A stretch of 14,330 bases of DNA. Origin: a candidate division FCPU426 bacterium. Lineage in GTDB: Bacteria; Oederibacteriota; Muellerivitia; Muellerivitales; Muellerivitaceae. A model generated the notes under the pieces. That model worked only from the letters and a program-made list of their open reading frames with translations, made no database searches and was not told where the DNA came from. The translations under genes were made by a program, and so were the position numbers. How positions within the stretch are numbered: position 1 is the first letter of the stretch; each line of letters starts with the position of its first letter. Where the stretch lies: assembly GCA_963847625.1 (NCBI GenBank), contig CAWKAR010000002.1, positions 1-14,330 on the forward strand, in the 5' to 3' direction. Positions 7,921 through 14,330 of this stretch are shown in pieces.

Positions 7921-7981
7921 TTTAATGGCGGCCCTCCAGGCGCTCCTGGCAGTTCCTGTGAACGGGAAGATTCCGGGTGTA

Positions 7982-8560
7982 ATGGACCAGGAGACCCAAA
8001 AGAAGATGGTCCAGGAGGCCCTGGAGGGGGACGAAGGTTTCGAGAAGCTGGTCCGGGCTTTCGAAAAAATGGTTTACCGCGTGGCTTTCCGGTTCCTGAA
8101 CGACCCGGTCGATTCCGTGGATGCGTGCCAGGAGATATTCCTCCGGGTCTACCGGTCCCTTTCCGGGTTCCGGGGCGATAGCGCCCTTTCCACCTGGGTC
8201 TACGCCATCGCCGTCAACCATTGCCGCAACGCCATCCGGTCCAGGAAGAACCGGGAAAAGGTGCAGGTGCTGGAGACCGTGAATAAGAATGTGGAAGGCC
8301 TGTCCCTTTTCGACCGGGCGGTTGATCCTAGGGACGTCAACGCGGCCCAGGCCATCGAACGGGGAAACCTGAACAAGACCATCCAGGAGGCGATGCACAT
8401 GCTTCCGCCGGATTTCCGGGAGGCGGTGATTTTGAGGGACCTGGAAGGCTTGAACTACGGGGACATCGCCAAGGAGTTGAAGGTCAGCCCCGGCACGGTC
8501 AAGTCGCGGATCGCCCGGGGACGCGTGTTTCTCCGGGAGAAACTGAAGGAGTGGTTATGA
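7982..8560 (+). CDS. ECF-family RNA polymerase sigma-70 factor (RpoE/SigW-like)
   Basis: Region 2 (GDEGFEKLV...DACQEIFLRVYRSLSGFRGDSALSTWVYAIAVNHC) and region 4 (LPPDFREAVILRDLEGLNYGDIAKELKVSPGTVKSRIARGR). ATG 7982 gives a typical 192-aa ECF and lies downstream of the predicted promoter, unlike the track's 7850 start. Confidence 0.95.
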   Translation: MDQETQKKMVQEALEGDEGFEKLVRAFEKMVYRVAFRFLNDPVDSVDACQEIFLRVYRSLSGFRGDSALSTWVYAIAVNHCRNAIRSRKNREKVQVLETVNKNVEGLSLFDRAVDPRDVNAAQAIERGNLNKTIQEAMHMLPPDFREAVILRDLEGLNYGDIAKELKVSPGTVKSRIARGRVFLREKLKEWL

Positions 8561-10083
8561 ACGACTGTGAAAAAATCCATCCCCTGATTCCCTTCTACGC
8601 GGAAAAATCCTTGTCTCCCGCCCGAAGGGATTTGGTGGAGGCTCACTTGAAAATTTGCCCCGAAGCCCAGCAGGATTTGGAATCCGTGCAGGTTCTTTTC
8701 GAGGCCATGGCGGGCATGCCAGAACCGGATGCCCCGCTCGACCTGCACCGTAAGATCATGGACTACGTGATCGAGGAGAAAAAGCCCGTCCCCGTTCCCG
8801 TGAAAAAACCAGAGCCCATCCCCGGCAAGAAACCCGAACCCGTCTATGTGTCTCCGAAGAAGCCGTTCCAGTTTTTCCCCTATTGGGCCCTGGCCACCTC
8901 GGGCTTGGCGGCCCTGCTGATGCTGGCCCTAAACCCCGGTCTGTGGGAATCGGCAAGGGTTTCCAGTCCCCGGGTGGTGGCTGAAGAAAACGTATCCAGC
9001 TCCCAAACCCAGGCCGAGAGCCAAACCGATAAAACCCAAACCTACCTGGCCATGAATAAACCCGCTCGTTTCGAAAAAGTCAGAGGAATGGCCCAGGCTC
9101 CCCCGCGTCCCGCGCGGGTTATGGCTATGCGGGCCAGGAAAAAATCGGCCCGGCACAGGATAGAAAATACGGAAGTCCTGGCGTATGCCAAGAAAGAACC
9201 CGCCGAAAAGGCCCCAGAAGAAACAGTCTTAGCCATGAACCGCTTCAAGGCCGCTGACGAATCTTCGCTCCCGGAACCCCCGCCGCAAGAGAATGCCGGC
9301 GGATCGAAGGACCTCGCTGCCGCCGCTCCCGTCCCGATGGCTGCCCCTCCAATGGCGGCGGAGAGTAAAGCGGAGTCCCCCAGTAGCCTGCAAGCTCCCC
9401 AACTATACCTTCCCACCAACACCGTTCCAGAACACGCGGAGACCGCCTCTCTGGGCCAACCGATGACGACTGCGGCTTTGCCTGCCTCCGGAAAAAAGTT
9501 AAAAAGCGCCACTCGATCTTTCGCCAATGTGCAAATGCAATCTTCGACAACCGCAGCGTCCGGAATGACGGTGACGGAGGGAACCCTCGCGGACACCAGC
9601 AAGGAAGTTCCACCCCCTCCCGAATCCGGTTACAGCGAGGAGATGGGACCCGCGATCACCTCGTCTTCGGGCTTAACGATGGCGGCGGCGAACATTGCGC
9701 CCTCCAGCAAAGAGATTAAAACCGGACCCGTCTCGATTTATAGCGGTGATAACGGATTATCGACCGTCGAGCAAGTGGGGCTGATCACCGATTCCAAGAC
9801 GCTCCAGGAGACCTGGAAGTTCCTGCGCCCCGAGGAACCGGCGCCCAAGCTGGATTTCGACAACCAAGCCATTGTCTTTTTGCAGGCCGGGGAGGAACCC
9901 ACCGGAGGCTACTCCGTCAACATGACCAGCCTGGACCAAGGGGAGGATCAGTGGGTCGTCCATTGGAAGGTGGAGGGCCCGGCTGACGATTCCACGGTAT
10001 CCGAGACCGTGACGCGCCCCTGGACCCTGCAGGTCATCCCCAAGCCCGACAAGCCGGTGGAATTCCAAAAAGAAAAACCCTAA
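8557..10083 (+). CDS. Membrane anti-sigma factor: zf-HC2/ZAS-like N-terminus, one TM helix, long disordered linker, C-terminal PrcB_C-like domain
   Basis: ATGA overlap with the sigma stop (8557-8560). N-terminus MNDCEKIHPLIPFY..KSLS......VEAHLKICPEA. TM YWALATSGLAALLMLAL. C-terminus PKLDFDNQAIVFLQAGEEPTGGYSV...P......VTRPWTLQVIPK matches the PrcB C-terminal domain pattern. Confidence 0.85.
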   Translation: MNDCEKIHPLIPFYAEKSLSPARRDLVEAHLKICPEAQQDLESVQVLFEAMAGMPEPDAPLDLHRKIMDYVIEEKKPVPVPVKKPEPIPGKKPEPVYVSPKKPFQFFPYWALATSGLAALLMLALNPGLWESARVSSPRVVAEENVSSSQTQAESQTDKTQTYLAMNKPARFEKVRGMAQAPPRPARVMAMRARKKSARHRIENTEVLAYAKKEPAEKAPEETVLAMNRFKAADESSLPEPPPQENAGGSKDLAAAAPVPMAAPPMAAESKAESPSSLQAPQLYLPTNTVPEHAETASLGQPMTTAALPASGKKLKSATRSFANVQMQSSTTAASGMTVTEGTLADTSKEVPPPPESGYSEEMGPAITSSSGLTMAAANIAPSSKEIKTGPVSIYSGDNGLSTVEQVGLITDSKTLQETWKFLRPEEPAPKLDFDNQAIVFLQAGEEPTGGYSVNMTSLDQGEDQWVVHWKVEGPADDSTVSETVTRPWTLQVIPKPDKPVEFQKEKP

Positions 10084-10102
10084 CGGTTTTAAAATCAGGG
10101 TA

Positions 10103-10546
10103 TTACCTGAGGTTCTTTTCGATTTTTTCCAGGTGATTTCGCCGGTGCAGGGCCCGGTGAAGGGTGCGCTCCAAACCCATCTTCAGCAATTCCTCCACTT
10201 GGGCGGAGGTGAGTTTCTCAACCATCCGGTCGATGGCTTCTGCCGCGTCGGCCGCCAGAATGACCACGGCCCGGGAAGAAATAGACTCAGAGAGGATGCT
10301 TAAAGGGTCGTTCACGCAACGGGAATCAGTTATTCCTTGCGCAGGTTTTCCGCCTTCCGCCAGCCAGCGTTTAAGCATCGTCCATTGGTAAAGATCCCAA
10401 AAAGCCAGGTGGGCAAGGGTTACGGTTACGGTCCAGCCATTGGGCAGGCGGCGGCCGAAATCCTCGTCTTTGAGACCCGCCATCAAAGCCAAAAGCTTCT
10501 CCCGTTCCTTGCGGTTTTCTTGGATCATGGTTTGAAGATCAGGCAT
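10103..10546 (-). CDS. DinB/YfiT superfamily protein (maleylpyruvate isomerase N-terminal-like)
   Basis: GWTVTVTLAHLAFWD and C-terminal HRRNHLEKI supply the metal-binding His triad. SD GGAGG upstream. Confidence 0.85.
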   Translation of the reverse strand: MPDLQTMIQENRKEREKLLALMAGLKDEDFGRRLPNGWTVTVTLAHLAFWDLYQWTMLKRWLAEGGKPAQGITDSRCVNDPLSILSESISSRAVVILAADAAEAIDRMVEKLTSAQVEELLKMGLERTLHRALHRRNHLEKIEKNLR

Positions 10547-10571
10547 TTTCCCCTCCGCAAACTGATAGATC

Positions 10572-12728
10572 TCAACGCTGTCCCGGGCTTCCCAAACTCA
10601 TGGCCTTGGCCTCATTCTCGGCCACCTTCTCCTTTTGCCCGTTTTTTTCATACACCGCCGCTAATTTCTTGAAGATGGCGGGGTTTTCCGGCTGGAGGTT
10701 GGCGGCTTGTTCCAAAGCCTCGATCGCTTCCGGATAGCTTCCCTTCAGCATGTAGGTGTTCCCCAGGTTGAGATAATAAACGGGCTGGCTGGGATCCCGG
10801 CTGATGGCCTTTTTATACAAACCGATGGCTTCTTCGTATTTCCCCAGTCGCTGGTAGGTGGTGGCCAAATTCACGAGGAACTGGGGGTTCCCGGGATCGA
10901 TCCTGAGGGCCTTTTGAAAAGTCTCGATCGATTTTTCATATTGCCCGGCGTACCCATAACTGATCGCCAGGCTGTTGTAGGCGTCGACATATTCGGGCTC
11001 CATTTTGACCGCTTCTTCAGCCTCTTCCAATTCTTCCTTCCTCATGCCTAACCGGTCGTAAACCAGCCAAAGGTCGCGGTGAGGCGAGGCAGACTGGGGG
11101 TCCAATTCGATGGCTTTCTTGAACTCCTGTATGGATTCCTTCACCTTCCCCAGTCCAAAGAGGACGATTCCCTTCCCCTCATGCTCCACAGGGCTGGAAG
11201 GTTTCAGGGAAATCGCCTGGTCATAGGCTTTCAAGGCGTCGTCCAGGCGGCCCGCCACGCGGTAAGCGTTCGCCAGGTCACAGTAAGCCACCTCGTTGAT
11301 GCCCGGAAAAACCCGAACCACGTTTTCCCAAAGGTCCACGGGCGTTTTCCAGGTCCCCACCTGCCGGATGGTGCCATACCCCATCGCCAGGGTCAAAACC
11401 ACGGCGCCCAGGGCCCCCGCCCACCGGAGATTGGAAAATAAAAACACCGCCCCCGCGGCAAATAGTAGGAAGAAACCCAAACTGGGGAGATAGGCGAAGC
11501 GGTCCGCGGCGGCCTGGCTTCCCGCTTGCAGAACGCCAATCACTGGGGCGATCGTCACCAGGTAAAACAGCCAAACCGCGCCAAGATAAGGGCGCTTTTG
11601 CCGGTAATAAAAACACGCGTATGAAATGAGTACCACCAATAAACCTGCGAGGATGTATTCGAGTGAAAAAACTTGCGCCGCCGATGGGAGCGGATAATAA
11701 GCCGTTAAATGGATGGGGACGGCCATCTTCGCGAGGTAGAAAATCAGCGAGTGAAGAGCGTTCATCAGGCGGAAAGAAAGGCTCAAGTGCTCAAGACCCG
11801 CCATCGCCCCTGCTTGGGCCTGGGCCGCAATGGTCAACAACCCCAATATGAAGGGCAGAAGGAAATACGGAGCTTTCTCCATGATCACCTTGGCGCGGTT
11901 CGCGGAAAGCCTTCCGAGGGGCCAGGCATCCAACAACAGAAAAACCACCGGAAGCGTCACGGCCAGGGGTTTCGCCATCAAGGCCAATAAAAACAAACCC
12001 AGGGACAAGTAGTACTTGGAGATGCTCTTCGCCCCGGCGGTTACGCAATCCAGGTAAACCAGCAAACTCGCGAAAAAGAAAAGACAGCAAAGAAGCAGGT
12101 TGCGTTCGGTAGCCCAAGCCACCGGTTCCACGTGCAGGGGATGAAGCCCGAAAAGGATCGAGGTCAACAAGGCCGCCGCCATCACGCCGTTCGGCGTAAA
12201 ACCATTTTCCAGCAAAGATCCCTTCCTGACCGCCAGGTTAATCAACCGGAAGCTCAGGAAAAAAACCAGCAGGGTGTTGACGGCATGCAGGAAAAGGTTA
12301 TCCAGGTGGTAGGCCCTGGGGTTCAAGCCGCCCCAAAGGTAATCCAGGGCGAACGAAAGCCAGGTGAGGGGCATCCAGTTCCCCGTGCGGATGTCCGTGA
12401 ACATCCAATAGAGGTTGGGCAAATTCAGGGAGCGAATATGGAGGTTTTCGGAGATGACTTTCGCGTCGTCCCAGTTCGTGAACTCGTTTTGCAGGACAGG
12501 AAAATAAGCCAGGAGGGTGAGCAGGACGGGCAGATACGCGAGGGTCCAGAGCCAGCTCTGGTTCACGGCAGGGCCGTAATGAGCCGGAACCGCGGACTCT
12601 TCCCCGTCTTTCAACTGTTCAAGAATCTTCCGAACCTGCCGGTGGCTCAAACCCGTTTGGAGGCACAACTCTTCCACTGAAAGATTGCGGTTTTGGCGGA
12701 TAAAATCTCTTTTGGATAATTGGGGCAA
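10572..12728 (-). CDS. TMTC-like GT-C membrane glycosyltransferase (putative protein O-mannosyltransferase) with C-terminal TPRs
   Basis: NWDD after the first TM, GNWMPLTWLS, YHLDNLFLHAVN, FGLHPLHVEPVAWATER, LMAKP and ADRFAYLP. Roughly 11 TM segments followed by about 7-8 TPRs. The TTG start is uncertain. Confidence 0.85.
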   Translation of the reverse strand: MPQLSKRDFIRQNRNLSVEELCLQTGLSHRQVRKILEQLKDGEESAVPAHYGPAVNQSWLWTLAYLPVLLTLLAYFPVLQNEFTNWDDAKVISENLHIRSLNLPNLYWMFTDIRTGNWMPLTWLSFALDYLWGGLNPRAYHLDNLFLHAVNTLLVFFLSFRLINLAVRKGSLLENGFTPNGVMAAALLTSILFGLHPLHVEPVAWATERNLLLCCLFFFASLLVYLDCVTAGAKSISKYYLSLGLFLLALMAKPLAVTLPVVFLLLDAWPLGRLSANRAKVIMEKAPYFLLPFILGLLTIAAQAQAGAMAGLEHLSLSFRLMNALHSLIFYLAKMAVPIHLTAYYPLPSAAQVFSLEYILAGLLVVLISYACFYYRQKRPYLGAVWLFYLVTIAPVIGVLQAGSQAAADRFAYLPSLGFFLLFAAGAVFLFSNLRWAGALGAVVLTLAMGYGTIRQVGTWKTPVDLWENVVRVFPGINEVAYCDLANAYRVAGRLDDALKAYDQAISLKPSSPVEHEGKGIVLFGLGKVKESIQEFKKAIELDPQSASPHRDLWLVYDRLGMRKEELEEAEEAVKMEPEYVDAYNSLAISYGYAGQYEKSIETFQKALRIDPGNPQFLVNLATTYQRLGKYEEAIGLYKKAISRDPSQPVYYLNLGNTYMLKGSYPEAIEALEQAANLQPENPAIFKKLAAVYEKNGQKEKVAENEAKAMSLGSPGQR

Positions 12729-12752
12729 AAGAAACCGGCCTTTAGAAAAAGG

Positions 12753-12929
12753 TTATTTCTTTATATAAACGTTCAAGCCCACTTTTTCATTCCGCTCGGG
12801 AACCGAGATGTTGCCTTCAGTTGAGGCGATGATGGTGGTCTTGCCGGAGGAGGACGGGCCGTATTCTTTTGACAGGTCCACCTTGATCGTCAGGATGTTG
12901 CCTTCCACTTTCATTTCGACGTTTTTCAT
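12753..12929 (-). CDS. Small hypothetical protein (58 aa), absent from the ORF track
   Basis: ATG at 12929 preceded by AAAGGAG. Translation MKNVEMKVEGNILTIKVDLSKEYGPSSSGKTTIIASTEGNISVPERNEKVGLNVYIKK, stop TAA at 12753-12755. Codon usage is like the neighbouring genes and it fills the intergenic gap. Confidence 0.9.
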   Translation of the reverse strand: MKNVEMKVEGNILTIKVDLSKEYGPSSSGKTTIIASTEGNISVPERNEKVGLNVYIKK

Positions 12930-12990
12930 ATTTCGGCTCCTTTGAACTTAAAACAAATGATTAAAAGGAAGTTTAAATTTCGACGTTTTC

Positions 12991-14330
12991 TTATCTAACC
13001 ATGAAATACTCGCACTCGGGATGGTGGATCACCATGGCGCTGGTGGATTGCTCGGGCACCATCATGAAGGCCTCCGTCAGGGTGACACCGATGGCCTTCG
13101 TGGCGTCCAGAAGCCTGAAATACTTCTCCTGGTCGGATTGCTCGGGGCAGGCGGGATATCCGGGCGAATAACGCTTCCCTTGCCCGATGGGCAGCTCCAT
13201 TCTTTCCGGATTCTGCGGTGAATCCACTCTGCCATGGCTTCGGCTGTCTGGACCGCCAACCCGTGCATATAGTAGCTTTCGGAGTATTTCCCGTCCTTGT
13301 TCAACTGCTCCACGATCTTGGTGGCCTTGCCGCCGATAGTGACAACCTGGAAAGCCACCACATCCTTCTCTCCCGAGGAAACTGGCTTGAAATAATCGGA
13401 AAGGCACAGGTGCCTTCCAACCCTCTGACGGGGGAATTTGAACCGTTCCAGTTCCTTCTGGCTGTTGCCCTCATATATAAGCAGGTCGTTGCCGTCGGAG
13501 TTGGCCAGGAAGAACCCGTAAACCAGCTTGGGTTCGAACCAGCCCTTGGCAAGGACTTCTTCCTGCATCCTCAAGCGCATCGGCTCGAACTGGGTCTTGA
13601 TGAGGTTCTTATATTCCTCGGAATCCTTGGCCTTCACCCCCCAATTGAGCTTGTAAAGCTGGGTTAGGTCCAGGTAAGGCCAGACTTCCCTTAAGGGGAC
13701 CTTATTAATAATAGAAGTCCCCGCGAAGGGGTTTTTCGGGATGCTCAAGGCCGGTTTCACCGTGGGAGGGTATTTGTCCGGCGTGGCTTCCCCCTCCGGC
13801 TGTTTTACTTCCGCGAACCCGGCGGCTTTGGACTTCAAGGCTTCCTCTTTAATGCGGTTGCGGAAGGTTTCTCGGCTGGCCAGGTCCGACAGGGCGTTGA
13901 GGATATCCAACCCTTCGAATGCGTCCTTGGCGTAATAAACGCCTGGCTCATAGAAATTCTCTCCGTCCACGAAACTCATGCGGTAGCCGTAGCGGCGGTT
14001 GATGAGCCCCCCCACCACCACGGGATAGGACAGGCCCATCTTTTCGAGTTCCTGTACGCAGATGGGCATCTGCTTGGGGGTGACCACGAGCAGGGCCGAG
14101 AGCCCGATGGCGTCGGCCTTCACTTCCTGGGCCTTGGCGATGATGGTGGAGATGGGCACCTGCTTCCAGGTCGTAAACCGTGAAGCCGTTGTTGGCGAGG
14201 ATCGTCCGGACCAGGTTCTTTCCGATGTCGTGCACATCGCCGTAAACCGTGGCCAAAACCACCTTGCCCTTGCTGGCGGAGGCGTTCTTATTCAGGAACT
14301 GCTCCACGTAGCTTACGTTGAGGGGGTCAA
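12991..14330 (-). CDS. metH: Cobalamin-dependent methionine synthase, B12-binding and reactivation domains; 5'-truncated, two frameshifts (near 14166 and 13197)
   Basis: [21 protein letters not shown] (DxHxxG), then in another frame KQVP...IGLSALLV...YAKDAFEGL...FPRQ...LCLSDYF...[14 protein letters not shown], then [12 protein letters not shown]...[18 protein letters not shown] in the original frame. Confidence 0.93.

Noticed and set aside
7850..7981. 44-aa N-terminal extension of the sigma factor in the ORF track
   Set aside because: It overlaps the predicted autoregulatory promoter and has no sigma-like sequence. ATG 7982 gives a normal-sized ECF.
12837..12860. Walker A motif (GPSSSGKT) implying an NTPase
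   Set aside because: The 58-aa protein cannot hold a P-loop NTPase fold and has no Walker B.
13190..14170. Programmed ribosomal frameshifting in metH
   Set aside because: No slippery heptamer or stimulatory structure is evident, conserved codons are physically incomplete, and I know of no precedent for MetH.
1..14330. Prophage, defence island or mobile element
   Set aside because: No integrase, transposase, nuclease, phage structural or toxin gene was recognised. Gene content and composition look chromosomal throughout.

Overview
Bacterial chromosomal segment with GC-rich coding regions and AT-richer spacers, dominated by cell-envelope genes. There is no phage, CRISPR, rRNA/tRNA or transposase signal. 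In order: 3' part of a CPA2-type cation:proton antiporter with a TrkA-C domain (+); a TPR protein and a DUF1648 membrane protein, translationally coupled (-); a secreted N/Q-rich protein with a dense Trp/Tyr module (-); a stand-alone DsbD/ScsB N-terminal domain plus an exported peroxiredoxin-like redoxin (+); a MuiA-family DUF4140/DUF4139 protein (-); a divergent ECF sigma factor and membrane anti-sigma factor (+); a DinB-like protein, a TMTC-like GT-C glycosyltransferase with TPRs, a 58-aa ORF missed by the ORF track, and the 3' part of metH with two frameshifts (all -). The best candidate for a new system is the ECF module. Its anti-sigma has a degenerate zinc motif (HxxxCxxA) and an extracytoplasmic PrcB-C-like domain, and identically spaced GGGAAC-N18-TCTnA promoters precede both the sigma operon and the divergent muiA-like gene. 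All family assignments come from motif recognition by eye; no database searches were run.
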